Assembly: GCA_029717555.1 (NCBI GenBank) | Contig: JAMDHS010000005.1 | Location: 372,001 to 436,000, forward strand | DNA from: Peribolospora baueri | Lineage: Eukaryota | DNA length: 64,000 bases | Direction: 5' to 3' | The notes under the pieces: generated by a model | Told to the model about the DNA's origin: nothing | Database searches by the model: none | Seen by the model: only the letters and a program-made list of their open reading frames with translations | Made by a program: the position numbers and the translations under genes | Shown here: piece by piece, positions 27,003-40,962 of the stretch | Layout: every line of letters begins with the position of its first letter | Position numbering within the stretch: the first letter of the stretch is position 1

Positions 27003-27071
27003 CACGTTCTAAAGGCCGTTGCCGCAGCAGGCGCCATGAGATGGTGAGATGGAGAGAGACGTCCGAACGTG
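27003..27071. promoter_or_regulatory. Two candidate Pho4-type bHLH sites (CACGTT at 27003; AACGTG at 27066) upstream of PHO81
   Basis: CACGTK hexamers 400-470 bp upstream of the PHO81 ATG. PHO81 is a Pho4 target in budding yeast, but hexamers also occur by chance. Confidence 0.3.
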
Positions 27072-27471
27072 GCTCGTGTGCAGAGAGAGGGACGGGAGAA
27101 ACTGAACACCTGAGACAGCCAGGACCGTCGGAAGGATGAATACGAGCGGAGGCTCCCGGCCAGGGCTGATTGACGAACGGACGGACTGAGTGACCGACGA
27201 CGACGACAGCGACAACAACAACGACGACGACGACAAACGAACGAATACACCACGGCGGAGCGGGACACGAACGACTGCGACGCTCTGGCCAGCCCCGCGT
27301 CTCTCTCTCAACCAACCCGCCAACTCGCCTCCTCGCCGACCTGCATCCGATCGCAGATCACCGAGCTGCTCCAAACGGCCAACCAAGGCCCGAGGGGCTC
27401 AAACCGAACCAGCTGTCCTCTCAACCAGGCGTAGCGTACTTACCGTCGAGTGAGGTCAATCGTAGCCCAAC

Positions 27472-30400
27472 ATGAAGGTGAGCGAGCACCCGCTGCTAAG
27501 CCATTTCGCTCGCTTGGCCCGCCTGCCGTCTCCTTTTCCGCTACGGCGCGAGCAAACGGTCGACGTCCAGTTCGGCCACAGCTGACGGCGCGAAACCCCC
27601 TTACCCCCTCCGAACGGCCACACAGTTCGGGAAGCAGATCTTGAGCCAGCAGATCTCGGGATGGGGAGCGTTCTATCTTGATTACAAGCTCCTGTGAGTT
27701 CCGCGTTCATGGGCCGCCATGGATGGGGCCATGGAGCGGGGAAGAAGAGGGCGACAATGAGACCGCCCTGGGAACAGGTGCTAGGCTCTTGGTAAACACG
27801 AACGGCCGACTGACGAGACATTCCTCTTTCTGTCCTCCTTGTGACCGTCCGCCAACGTCCCCCATGATGCAGCAAAAAGATCATCAACTCTTTGGAGAAA
27901 GGTCGTCTCGGCGACGCCGCTCTCCTCGCGACCGGTCAAAGACCCGACTTCCCTTCTGGCACGCCCTCCACCTCTTCCTCTGCCGCTGCGGAACCTATCA
28001 TTGTCCCTGGTCCATCACCGGGTATATTGCCCCCCGAGGCCGGAACGGGTAGCGGGACTGTGCCCGGCAAAGAGTCCGGAGCGAAGGAGGAGGAGCTAAG
28101 GTTACATCGAGCTGCTTTCTTCTTTAGGTTGGAGAGAGAGCTGGAGAAGGTGGGTGAAGAGGAGCGATCGGGACGACCCAGCTTGTCGAAAGAGCGGGAG
28201 CCGTCAAGTTCTTCTACGTTCTAACCGCTTCTCATCCTTCTCTCGGCTTCGCCTCCCCTCGGCATCGCGTCGCACCGCAGATCAACGCCTTTTACCTAGG
28301 AAAGCAGGCCGAGCTACAATCCCGACTACGGACGCTGATCGAGAAGCGCAAGCTTGTCCAATCCAGCTCGGCAAAGTTGTCGCGCGACTCTCCCAGCTTC
28401 GTGGCGTTGTATGAGAGTTTCAAATGGTTGGAGAAGGACTTGAACAAGTTGCAGGTACGTGCGATCCGATCTGGCGAGCGGATTGACGTCTGGGTTGAGC
28501 ACAAGCCGCATGCCTCTTCCCAAGCCGCGGACGTGAGTAAAGACTTTGGTGGGACTGACTCGTTAACGCACATCAACAGCAATTCATCGAGATCAACGCG
28601 ACCGGCTTCCGAAAGATCCTTAAGAAATGGGACAAGCGTTCCAAGTCCAATACCAAGGAGCTGTATCTCGCTCGGCAAGTCGACGTCCAGCGTGAGTTGA
28701 GTGCGGTAGACGTTTTCTTGCCGGAAGCCTGCTGACTGTAGGTAATCCTTTCCATGTGTCCCGTCCCTTATCCCTCGATAGCATGTTTCAACCGCCAGTT
28801 CATGGCAGAGATGAACGACATCGTAGCTGCCAACCTTCTCGATCTCGAGAACTTTTCCGAAGGCCGTCTGACTACGAGCGAGGGTAGTGACGGCGTGAAT
28901 GACGGAACGGATATCAACCCGAACCGACCTCTCGACTTTGCGTCCGCGCGCTCCGAGGTGGATGCCCTTGCGGACGTGGAGGAGAACCTCATGACCGCCA
29001 TCATCTCTGGTAGGGACAGCGAGGCGAGGGAGCTCATCCGTGTGGCCGAGCGCGCACAGGAGGGGAAAGAGAAGACGAATGTGGCCCGCATCGTCTGGAG
29101 AGCGCTGGCCAGAGCACCCAGCGATGCCGTCAAACTCGCCCTCGACTCTGCCATTCCCGACTTTGGCTTCGTGGATGATATTAACTCGAGGACGTGCTTG
29201 CATGAAGCTGCCATCGCAGGCAACTTGCAGCTCGTTCAGGCTTGCGTCCAATTCGGCGTAGACGTCCGCCTTCAAGACGCTTACGGTCGAGCCGCCCTCT
29301 CGTACGCGGCTATGGGAGGGCACAGCGATGTCGTGCGCTTGCTGCTCTCCATTCCGTCCGTCGACCCCAACGTCGTCGACCTGGACGGCTTCACGCCCCT
29401 CGTGCTGACCATCACCAACGGTTACGTCGAGATCGCACGCCTTCTCATCGAGCACGGTGTCAGCGTCGGACCCGCTCAGAATACGGACCTCGTCCCGCTC
29501 TCGCTCGCCTGTCAAGGCGGCCACACAGATATCGTTAGGCTCCTCCTCGGTCGCAACGCCAACATCATCGCCAACTCGGAGGGTCTCTTTTCCCAGCACT
29601 TGGCAGCCCGTGCGGGTCACGCCGACATCTGTCGCCTCATTATCGCCGCCGGGGGAGATCCGAATGTGGTCGAGAAGGGCACTCTCTGGACGCCCATCTT
29701 CTTCGCTGCCGAGTCCGGCCATGTCGAGTGCGTTCAAGCTCTCGTGGAGTGTGCGGCACGGATCGATCTGCTGGATGAGAAGGGTCGTAGCCCGGCGTTC
29801 CATGCCGCTTGGAACGGAAAGATCACCTGCTTGCTCATTCTACTCGAGGCGGCCACGCACTTGTCCGCTGTGGGAAACAAGGCACAGGACGTTGACCGCA
29901 TGCTCACGGACGGGGCCTCGCCCTCCTCCACGTCGTCCTCGCCCCTCAAGATCCGCCAGTTGGGCTCGGCGGAAATGGAGTCGCAGCCGATCAGCGCCGA
30001 CCTGGAAGACCTGGAGATGGACGCTATCCCTTCGCTCTCTCTTCCCCCACCCATCATCCCCTTCCGCCACTACGGCCACAACTACCTTTCCTCGACGCGC
30101 CATCTCGTCTCTATCGCCCTCGCTCGCTCTCCAGTGCGTTTGTACAGCTCGGAACGCCAAGACCAGCGTTACAGTTCCCTCAAGCTGGTCATGACGAGCA
30201 AGAACGTGACAGCGATCCCGCACGGCATCGTCCTGCCACTCGCAGACGAGCACGAGGTGTTCTCCTTCCAGATCGACAATCTCGACAGCTCGCCTCTCGA
30301 GTTGGAACTCCTCCCCACCTTTGGATCCAAGCTGATCGGAAAAGCTGTCGCGCTGCCGAGCTTGTTCGACGACATCATGTCTTCGAAGCACCTTACCCTT

Positions 30401-31878
30401 CCCCTCATCGACTCGCACATGAAGGTCATAGGCGACGTCACCTTTGACCTCGAACTTGTGAAGCCCTTTGACAGTGTCCAGCTCGAGATCGGAGGAAAGG
30501 TGGAAACGTACTGGAAGAGCACGCTACCCAGCGTGGCCTTTCCTACCAACAGCCAGCGCATGACCGCCAGCGGCGGAGGATCCATGCCGGCGGTCACCAC
30601 CACCACCACCACCACCATGTCTCCCGCTTCGCACGCAGCCAGTACACCTACCGTTGGATCCCTGGGCGGGACGCATTTAGCGAGCAGTACAAGCTCCTTC
30701 GTCACCGCGTCCTCCCTATCCGGCGAGTACGTCCGGGTCATCATCCAAGTCACGAGGGACGGCCACGCCGTCGTCTACCCGGATTGGACGTTGTCCACCG
30801 AAATTAGCGACGTTTTCGTAGGCTCTGTCACACGCAACCAGTTTGTGGCCATGGCAGAGCGCCTCGACAAGACTTTGAAGGTGGACAAGCCCTTTGAACA
30901 ACTCACGGCCCAAGATCTGAGCAAGGCGATCGAGACGAGCATGATCACTTTGGAGGCACTGTTGGAGGTGAGCGCCCCCCCTCTCGTCGACTTGGCCTCT
31001 TCACTTTCCCTTCCAGTTTCCTGCCGTCGCCCGTCTCCCTTGTCATTTCTGACAGGCCTTTTTTCTATATTTCGTCGCGTCTCCTGCTGTACAGCTCCTG
31101 CCCGTTCATGTCTGCCTCGACTTTGACCTGCGCTACCCCACCAATTCAGACGTCCGAAGACACCCAGGCCTTCCCAAGGGCGAGCTCAACGCCTTTGTCG
31201 ACTCGGTTCTCCACCAAGTCTACGCCGCCGGCACCCAGAATCGCCAGAGTCGAAAGATCATCTTTTCTAGCTTCAACCCGACCGTGTGCACGGCACTCAA
31301 CTGGAAGCAGCCTAACTGTGAGTGTCCATCGGATGTAACGAGTCGGGGGATGGTGTTCTCCTTAGATGCGAGATACTTAACCAAACCGACGGTTCCATTT
31401 ACCATATTACGGCGCATCGTCTCTTCCCAACCCCATCAGACGCTGTCTTCTTCGCCTCTTACTGCGGTCTCTCCCGTTCCGCCTCCGCAGAAGGACGCAT
31501 GGTACCGGCAAACCGCGAAGAGTCAGACTTCCGATGTTTGAGCGTCCACGAGGCGGTCAAGTTTGCCAAATCAAACAACCTGTTGGGCGTCATGGTCAAC
31601 GCTACCCTTCTGGTGTGTCCCTTGCCTTGCGGAGCGCCGCGCACGCTGGGCCTGGTTTTGCCTTGTGCATGATCTAACTTGATCATCGATCGATTGGTTC
31701 CCTTTTATCTCGGCCGCAGGCACAAGTACCCCCCCTCATCACGGCGATTAAAGAAGCTGGTCTCATACTCGCCACGATCGGCAGTCGAAGTCAAGCCGAA
31801 GGCGGCGTCGATGACGGCGTGGACGCGGTACTCTTTGGAGGGGTGCTGCATACGCGCGAGAATGTCGATAGCTTCTGA
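27472..31878 (+). CDS. PHO81: SPX-ankyrin repeat-GDPD-like CDK inhibitor Pho81/Nuc-2
   Basis: MK|FGKQI...YLDYKLL|KKIIN, FFFRLERELEK and INATGFRKILKKWDKR (SPX). Ankyrin repeats (TCLHEAA, FTPLVL, WTPIFFAAESGH). PPPIIPFRHYGHNYL and ETYWKST. GDPD-like end (IIFSSFNPTVCTALNWKQPN, EAVKFAKSNNLLG). Confidence 0.93.
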
Positions 31879-32075
31879 TTGTCCGTTTTTTTCCTTGGGG
31901 CATGCGGATCAAACCAGGATACTTCTCTCGTACTGTCGTCTTTTCTATTTTATGAGTCGAGTCCGTTTCGTCTTAATAGATTTGCCTAGTAGGGAAGTCG
32001 GCTTGCTTGCGTGAATGCAGAACTGGAAATCTACTAGTACATCCCTGTCGTCTTGCTGATGCCAGTTGTCGGCCG

Positions 32076-33393
32076 TCACTTTCTTCTCTTGTAGCGCCCT
32101 TGTAGCCTGGTTAGATAGGGAGAAGGGAGGGCCATTGGAGAATCGCGGCGTGAACAAGTGGAGCTTTCCGGTCGTTTTCAGCCTCTTCGTTCACTCCTCC
32201 ATTCGCTCACCTCGCCTCCTTTTCAACCTCTTTGTACTTCCGCTTGTGGATGTCTTGTGCTTGCTGGTTCAGTTCCGCGGCCTCCTGCGTGGTGGGGAAG
32301 CCAATGTTCCTGAAAACAAATCGAACAATCAATCCACCTCGTCCAAAAAAATATACAGCAAAGGTATCCGTCTCGTGATCGTTCTCACCAGTAGCCTGGA
32401 GGCGTGGGCGCGGGAGCCCAATGATGACGATGTCGACTCGTAGAGTCTTTGTGTGCCTGTACATAATCGAAGTGTCCCTTCTCGTCTTGGACCTCTTGAC
32501 TGGCGGGTAGCATCGGCTCGGGCGCGTTCGGAAGCGCCCGATCTCGATCCGAACGACGAGCTGGTGGAGATGGTGGAGACGGAGTCTTCCATACGGGGCC
32601 AGCACGAGCGGGGGCCGGACCGACGAGCTCGTAGTACTACCGCGGGAGAAGTCATGACTCCTGTTAACTGTCCGCTACTATAGTCTGCCAGGGATATAAA
32701 ATTCTCTCACATCTCTGCAACAAGCACAGTCACCAGCGTGCATCTGCCTCCTCTGAGCCTTGCTCCTCACCACCTCGGCAAACTGATGTTGTAATCCGGC
32801 GTTCCTCTCGGCGGCGACCTCGAAATCGGCGTTGATAGTGCGTCCACTGGCTCGAGCGAAGATGATGTAAAGACAGCCGCGGGGAGGAGGCACATTTTAG
32901 CCAACGGCCCGGCAGGCCCCGAGTCCCCTCTTCAATCATAGAACTCAACTCACTCTCTGACACTCGCAGCGTACCTGCCCTTGCCACGGTACTTATAAGG
33001 GTCCATCGCGAGCTCGGCCCTGACCTTAGCACGCTCTTCTAAAATCGTTTTCCTATTCAACACATCTGCGCTCGGCGCGTGCTGTGCCGAAGGAGAGGCT
33101 GAAGAGGTAGACGGCAGTGCAGCCAACTTTGACGGCACATTCTCAGAGATCACCTTAGACTCCTCCGTGTCCGATGTTTGAGTGGCCACTTCCCTGTGCG
33201 AAGACCGTGGCCGCTTCACCTTCTTCGCCGTCTCATGCCTTCTCTTCTTGTCGTCCCACCAACGCTTGAACTTCGCCCACGTCTCCTTGTCCTTGCGGTA
33301 CTGGGCCAGCGTGGCCTTGTGATCTCCCCTCAATTCCTCATATCTGCGCTGCAGCTCCTTAAATGGGTTGTCGTTGGCCGACCGTCGCTCCAT
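32076..33393 (-). CDS. SAE2: Sae2/Ctp1/CtIP-family DNA end-resection factor
   Basis: FAEVVRSKAQRRQMHAGDCACCRD|YY (CxxC), SRHRHHWAPAPTPPGYW|NIGFPTTQE (RHR motif and CDK-type TP site), plus an N-terminal coiled coil. The 5' end is uncertain. Confidence 0.85.
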
Positions 33394-33789
33394 GTTGCTC
33401 CATGACCTCTGGAGAAGCAGCCGAGATGATGACCTCGGTCAGAGGTCCTTGACGAGGTCCAATCGCGTCCACACGCGTAAACGACTTGGCACTCTAGGGT
33501 TACAGAAAGCACGTGATGATCGTGCGGGGCTGCGGCCATCCACAGGCGACGCCGCCCCCCGGCCGGCCCCCTAAGGTCGGCGCCGATCACGACTGGAGGC
33601 TAGAAGGCGCTATCAGGCTTGGCTTGAACGACGACTACGACGGAGCAACTCTCACAGCCTCACTGAATACTCGATAGTCCCAAGTACAGGAAAGGATCTC
33701 AAGTGAGTCACTACTTTGGTTGATCTGGCCCCAGCTGAGTGGAGCCGGACTGATAAGCTGTCGCCTCCCATATGCTCATCCCCATCATT

Positions 33790-35256
33790 ATGGCCAGCAT
33801 GTCCAACCGCCCGCTTAATGATGAGGAGGTTCAGACGGAGCTGAGCAAGATGGTGCGTTTAGCCCCATATTCATAAGTTCTTTTACATTGTTATGACTGA
33901 TGCATGCTTGCTTATTCTTGGCCCTTACCGTCTCCACAGAAAGCCTTCATCAAGCAGGAGGCGATGGAGAAAGCTCGTGAGATCCAGGTCAAGGCAGACG
34001 AAGAGCACGCTATTGAGAAGGTGAAGTTCGGACTGGGCTTTTGGGAGATCTAGCTTTCACTTCAGCGATTCCACCTCAGTCTCCTGCCTGCCTGCCGTGG
34101 AGTGTAGCGCATCACACTTCTCGCTAACCTTCCTCATCCCCTTCACTTACCAAACTAACGAACGATAGGCCAAAATTGTGCGACAAGAGTCTATCAACAT
34201 TGATGCGACTTACGAAAAGAAGATGAAGCAGGCCGACGTGGCTCAGAAGATGTTGGTTGCGATCTCTAGTCATAGTTCGGCGAGACATGATTGTTGACGG
34301 ACCTCTGATGACTCTCTGATTGATCCCCGCCTCCTCGCCAACCCCGTAGCGCCCAGTCGAACCTGACCAACAAGTCGCGTCTTACGGTCCTCCAAGCACG
34401 AGAACAACACCTCCAAGAGCTCTTCGATGAGGCACGGGGCCGGCTCACCCAGCTAAGCAAAGACGAGGGCAAATACACTCAGTTGCTAGAGCAGCTCATC
34501 TTGCAGGTGTGTTGTGTGGGCCATGTGGATTACTATTGCCTAGCAGGCGCACTGTTTGCCCTTATTTTGCTCATTGTTCCTTTACTCATTTTGGGGTTCC
34601 CGGAATACTTCGTGACGCTCGTGTCGACGTGCAAAATTACCTCAGGGTCTTCTCGAGCTCATGGAGCCGAACGTATCAGCCACGGTCCGATCGAAGGATG
34701 TGGATCTGGCGAAGGCGGCGAGCGAGGGTGCGGCAAAGCAGTACAAGGACATCTCGGGAAGGGACGTCTCTGTCAAGGTCGAAGATGGGTTGGAGGAGGA
34801 CGTGTGAGTCTAGCTGCGCCGACGGAGTTCCATTCTTCTCCAGTCGTGCCAAACGAGCTGATGCATCCCTGCCCACTTTTGCGTGCGCGTTTCGCGTTTC
34901 CATGCTGACCCCTTCACGGTCTTGCTTCTTCTCATTTTCGCATCCGACGAATCCCATTTATATTTCGTATCGCCTCCAGTTCTGGCGGTGTTATCCTTGC
35001 ATGCCACGGTGATCGGATCAAGGTCAACAACACTCTCGACGAGCGATTGCGTCTGCTCGAGGAGGCGGTGAGCTCTATTTCGTTTCCCTTGCGCTTCAAT
35101 TTATTCCATGACGTCATTTCCCACTCGTCGCGAGTCTTCTTCATACGAGGCTGACCGCCGTCGGCATTCGCTGCAACGATTTGACTTGACCAGATGCTCC
35201 CAGAGATTCGTGTGGAGCTTTTCGGCCCCAACCCGAACCGGAAGTTCTTCAACTAA
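33790..35256 (+). CDS. VMA4: V-type proton ATPase subunit E
   Basis: RPLNDEEV..LSKM|KAFIKQEAMEKAREIQVKADEE..IEK, SNLTNKSRL, IKVNNTLDERLRLL, MLPEIRVELFGPNPNRKFFN*. Confidence 0.95.
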
Positions 35257-35517
35257 GCGGGCGTCATGCGCGACGACTTAGAACCATCCATGCCCGACCG
35301 GAGCCGTGGACGTCTTCACTGTCGGTATGACGGTGAAGGGTTTGCAACGGGCAAGTCGCTCGCCTTGGATGATGTAGTTACGAGTTCGTTTATATTCTAC
35401 CTCCGATGTGTCCCTGATGCCCGAGTCCAAAGTGAAGCCTACCTCGAACCCCAACCGATATCCTGCTATTCCGAAAAGGGCGGGAGAGTGGCCGTCCGAC
35501 GGACTTCCGAAAGCACT

Positions 35518-36930
35518 TCAAAGCTTGCTACCCACACCCTTCCCTTGCCTTATCAGCCGTGCCCTTTCGAGGCGAGATATCGCCTTCTCGTCCTCTCTGA
35601 AAGGGTCGACGTTTGGGACGGACGTGGTGAGCACCTTCAGTTCCGGCTCATACATGCAGAGCTGAGTTGGGGGAGAGGTAGAAAGGGGTGGATGAATGAA
35701 GGCGGCGAGGATGACAAATGTGGAGGTATTGATTGTGCCGATCAGGAGAGCAGGAGGCGTCAGTTTCTGCGACCTAAGTCGGTAGGCAAATCTCTAAAGC
35801 TTACCTTCAACGTGCCCCAACCGCCCGCGGCACACCGGTTCCTCACAGCCCTAGCGACCTCCAAAGACTTCTTCAGAGTGCCCTCCTGACCGGGCTCCTC
35901 GCTCAAAAAGTCCACAAGGCCCTCTTGGAGCGCCTGCTTGGCGTCGAAGCGGTGCGCTTGAAGGATGACCTTGCGGAGAAGAGGTGCATGGGTGATCTTT
36001 GTCTTGAGGATGGCGAGCATGCCACTCGGCATTGGAGCGGAGAACTCAATCTGCGAGGGACACGATGGACGGACGTGGGCGAGGTGGGGTCAGCGCCTCT
36101 GCTCTCGCCGCGAGCTGACGGTGGCCCGGCGCGTGCTCGCGCAGGAATAGCTGGGCGCAACGCGACGTACTTCATTCATGCAAAGATAGCCTCGGTCAGA
36201 CCTCATGACTCTGTAGTCATGGGCAAGGGCGACGGTGAAACCGCCGGCGAAGGCGCTGTGACGACAGCAAAAATGCAAAACGATCCGGTCCAGGTCTAAG
36301 TGTCAGCCGCAAGTTCACAAGAGCGTGAGCGGGCACGCGGCTGCGTGTCCCCAACCAGCGGTCGGCTCTTGTAAACCGATACTCACTGCCCGGAGATGGC
36401 CGCAATACAGGGGATAGGGAAGGAGAGGAAACGGTGCAAAAGTGGATTCAACTCCTCTGTGCGTCATTCGAGCGTGCGTGAAAGGGGAAAGGATATGGAA
36501 GGAGAAATGCACATGAGTTCATTTCGCTTGATGCCGGCGGAATGCGACGATGCAAAGCCCATGCAAAGTCTAACCCAGACGGATCGTCCGTGGTGAGCGA
36601 TCGACTCGACCCACCATCGAAGAAGAGTGGATCCTTGATGGCGTTCTCAAAGTCCAAACCGTTGCTGTAGATCTTGCCTTCCTTGCCAGGCGGGCCGACA
36701 GTGATGAGCGCGGCGCCATCGCTAGCCTTTCCCTCTCTGAAAGCGTCCCTCCACGCCTCCTCAACAAAGTCAAGGGCAGGCAAGACGCCGTCGTGAATGA
36801 AGGCAGGGGTGAGACGGTTGTCAGGCGTCTCCTTGCCGGTGAAAGTGAGCACCCAGACGAAGGGCTCGGGCTGGGTGAGGATGGTAAGAGGGCGGGCCGA
36901 GGAGGGGAAGGCGATGGGCGGAGGCGCCAT
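35518..36930 (-). CDS. Crotonase-superfamily enoyl-CoA isomerase/hydratase with peroxisomal PTS1 (SKL)
   Basis: TPDNRLT, KIYSNGLDF, FPIPCIAAISGH|AFAGGF..ALAHDYRVMRSDRGYLCMNE|IEF. The last exon ends ...GKGVGSKL*. Confidence 0.88.
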
Positions 36931-37401
36931 GTTGACCAGAAGTGCGGGCAGCGGCGATGGAGATGGGAGAGCGGAGGAAGACGACTCTTTCTCTCGACGC
37001 GACACGACCAGGAGGGCTATGAAGTTGAAAGCGGGGTATCGGATGACCGGCTATGCTTGCCGGCAAGTTGATTGGTCAGCCTAGAAGCCCTGCGGTCGCG
37101 CGTCTCCGACCGACGTCGGTCGATGGACGACGGCGCTCAGCTGGGCTCAGCAGCATAACTTTGGCTCCCTTCGTTTCGGACGGCACTTTAGACGTTCTTA
37201 TCGGCACGATCAAGACGCAGACGTCGCCGTCCACAACTCAGCTGAGCGGTCGGCCTCGACGCAGGGAAGGACCACGACGCGGTAGGAACCGGACCCAGAA
37301 ATGCGCTATACTCGTATGGCGACGCAGGACAGGCTCGAAGGCGCAGACGGAAAGCGCCGCTAGAAATGATATATGCACAAAAAGGAGCGCAACGACGCTC
37401 G

Positions 37402-40331
37402 CTACCGCGCAGAGAAAACGCTGGAATCCGCCGCAAAGTTATCGGTCTCCAGGCTGACGGGCACTTTACGAGCCTGCGCGAAGAACAATCGTGCGGGCCG
37501 TTCGCATACGTTGTCGATGTCGTAGACGTTTCCTGCAGAATCGGACCCAGACCGAAGGTGAAGGTGGGAGATAGAGTCAGGAGAAAGGCGCAGGAAGACG
37601 GGAAGACTCGATGAAACCGTTGACCCACCTCGCGGAACGAGGAACATTCCCCCCGGTGCCATGAGGAAACTCGTGCGGTGCACTCTGACGCGTACAGCTC
37701 CCTCCATGACCAAAAAGACCTGGAAATGAAAATGGCGTCCGCACTGTCAGCACGGCCGCGACGCGCAGGAATGACACGCAACGGTGAATACTGCTCTGCC
37801 ACTCACGTATGTGTTGTCTTTGCTCGGTTTACTCGGTTTTCCGCCGCCGACGGGGATGACGAGGACGCCCGCGGCGATAAAGTCGCCGTCGGCAAAGACT
37901 TTCTGAAAGCTAAAGTCCGAGTTGAACGCGTCGCGCGGGTTGACCTGCGCTGCGGTGCATGCGATTCCTGTCGGCGCGATTGTGAGTGCGAGAAGGGAGA
38001 GACACAAGTGCTCGCGAGGTCAGTCGAATGCGCCGGCTAAGGATGCCAACGCCTCTTCCTTAATTCGGACCAGCACGTAGACCATCGGAGAAGAGACTCA
38101 CGTCTCGTCGTCTCTTCATTGCTCTCAAAGTCTTTCACCACGCCCATCGGCTCGGTCTCATCATCCCACCCATCCTCAGGATGACCTTCGACGAACACCA
38201 ACTCCTCGCCGCTCTCTGTCTTCGGCCTCTTGTTGTCCGTCTCCTCTTCCTCCACATTCGCCCGCCGCTTGCGCGTTCGCTTCCCCGGCTCGTCCTTGGC
38301 GATACGGACGATCTCCGTGATTTGCGGCACAGGGATGTGCGCCCCGGACGCGCGCCGACCGAAGCGGGCGTGCTCGCCTCGCCAATATTCCAAGGGAGGG
38401 TAGCGGAAGCGTTTGGAACGGCGGAGTTGTTGGTCACCCGGATCGGGGGTGGGCACTGTCAGTCGCATCGACAAGGAAGCAGAGAAAACGACGAAAAGAG
38501 ACAAGACGACGACCAGAAAAGACAAACAATGATATTTTAAGACCAGCTGCACACCACGACCCAGGAGACGAACCAGACTCACCGTGGGGCTTCTCTATGA
38601 TCTGCACCCGTGGATGTTCCTCCTTCTTGACCTCGCTGTCGACCGACCAAGAGCGTCCCTCGCGGCTGGCGACCTTGGTCTTGGGTTTCGCGCGTGGTCG
38701 CTCGTTCGTCTTCGCCGTCCGCTTCCCGTCTGCCGCCTTCCTTCCCTTCGCTTGGGGCCTCCCTCTTCGCTTTGGCGATGTTCGAACTGGCGTCGGCTCG
38801 TCCTCGCTCTCCGCCTCCTCCTCCTCTTCCTCCTCTTCCTCTTCTTCCTCCTCATCCTCCTCGTCGTCATCTCGTCCGCTGAATGCAAAACGAGAAGAGC
38901 CGCCGACATCGCCTCCATAGTCCTCCTCATCCTCACTACTGGTATACGCTGGCTCCCTCACCGACACCTTCTTCTTTCGTCCCGGAGGCCTCCCTCTCCG
39001 TTTCGGCGGCGTCCGCAGCGGGGGTGGGGGCGGGGTCGGGGACGGGGACGGATCGCCCTGGTCCGGCTCCTCCTCCATCCCTTCTTCCTTCTCCACCATC
39101 TCTACCGCTGGCTCCTCTTCGACGGGGTCCAGCCAGTAGTCGTCTTCGTCGTTGACACTTTGCGCCCGACCGCGGACCGACGACGCGCCGAAGACCAAAC
39201 CACGGCCTCGAGCGAAGCGTTCTCGAGCAGAAGAGCCGCCCATGGCGATGATATCATCGTCGTCGTTCCCATCCCCCTCTCGCCGCTCGTCATAGTAGTC
39301 CCACTCTTGACTACGATAGTCCACATCGCCATTGTCCTCCACCGCCGACGCGCGACTTTTCCGTCCCTGTCCGCTGCGCCCGTCGCCGGCGGTTTGTGTG
39401 TGTGTGGAAGAGCGTCGCTTGGAGGACACTGACAGCCGACGGGGCGGGGAGATGGGAAGCAGCTCGTCGTCATCATACGGGTCTGAGGTGCCGTTGAGGT
39501 GCGTTCGGGAGGTGGAGGCCGCGCCAGAAGCTATAGAATGTAGAGGGAGAAGCGCGTGAGCAGGTGGACGTCTGGGCGGGTGGACGGACGGAAGAGGAGG
39601 GGGGAGCTCACTTTTTCGCATGTAGGAGCGCGGGCTCTGAGCGTCGTCTACGAGATGAGAGAGAACCGAATGGATTGAGCCAAAGCTAGAGCCAGGACTA
39701 GAACGAGAGCCATAGACGCATCTGCTCTTCCACACACCACCGTCCAGGTCCATTGCGCTCTCTGCCGTGATCGTGCTCGTGTTCGCATCCCCTTCGCCGG
39801 CCCAGGCATCGTCGACCGCCGTCGCCGTCGTCACCACCGACTTGCCCGCCGCGCTAGCGATGCTGCTCTTCCTTCTCCGGCCTCCACCCGCACCTCCTCC
39901 TCCTCCCACGCTCGATCTCCGCGGGCTCGGCCCCGACCCCTTGGCCTTTTGCGGCGCCAAGGAGGAGGAAGAAGGAGCCGGCGCGGGCGCGGGGGCAAGC
40001 TTCTTTCTGGACTGGGCGAAAAAGTCGTCCACATCGTCCGTGCCGTCATCTAATTGGGCCACATTGCTTATCCGCAGGCCGGTCCGGCTGAATGGGGATT
40101 GGGGACGAAGGCAAGAGGGAGGGAGGGGAGGGAGAGAAAGGAGGGGAATGGGTGGAAGGGTTGCCCCGTTCGTCACCATGTATGCACTCGGCGGAGCAAG
40201 TAGCATGCCCACCCAGTCGCCGATCACCGACCGCACCGCACCGCAATCCCATCCTCCGTCCGGAACGGAGAGGCAGCATAGGCTCACCTGCCAACGCCGG
40301 GCTCAAAGTGCCTGCGCTCTCTTCTAGCCAT
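37402..40331 (-). CDS. MIF2: Kinetochore protein CENP-C (Mif2/Cnp3)
   Basis: N-terminal GVG|RTG motif, long acidic/basic disordered region with two AT-hook-like KRRGRP, CENP-C motif LRRSKRFRYPPLEYWRGE, and a C-terminal cupin (FSFQKVF, KPSKPSKDNTY, GGMFLVPR|GNVYDIDN). Confidence 0.9.
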
Positions 40332-40962
40332 GAACGGCCGTGTGGTATAGAAGGGAGGGAGATGAGAAGGAGGTGGGTTCGAGCTCCTCTTTTCCTTCCC
40401 CTTTAAAAAAGTGTTCCTTCGGAATGTGAATGTTGGTGGGATGAACGATACAAAGCACCCGACCGACGAAACGAGGACCCGTTTGGTTTGGCCCACGCTC
40501 AACCCCCGATCGTTCCCAAACAATGCACGGATGAGGTTCGCGTCGTCGCGTGCCCCGTCCCTCAGCCGCCTAACGCCGAGCCAGGATTCGCCGAGCCAAG
40601 ATTGTTGCCCCACTACACACACACGCAGAGCAGGCGGGGGATGTAGGTATGTATGTTGTACGTATGTATGTATGCGTCGATTCCATTGCTAGCAGTATGG
40701 ACGGACGGACAGACGGAGGGGCGAACAGATGGATGGATGGATGGATCGTGTCGTGACATGTCTTGAATACGAATGAACGAGCGAGGGAAAAGCGTGCACG
40801 CGCGGAGCAGATACACTGGCAGAGCGAGCGAGCGAGCAGCAGAGACGACTTGCGATGCCCATGCGAACGAAGATCGAAGGCGAAAACAACGGGACGGGAA
40901 TAGATGAAACCCGGTAAAGCTGGGCGACGGGCATAGTATATGAAAGAAGACATGACGTGGGT

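Noticed and set aside
39648..39737. Stop-free 3n introns (CENP-C 90 nt; GNAT gene 58050-58154, 105 nt)
   Set aside because: They have canonical splice sites and are common by chance in GC-rich sequence. There is no evidence of regulated retention.
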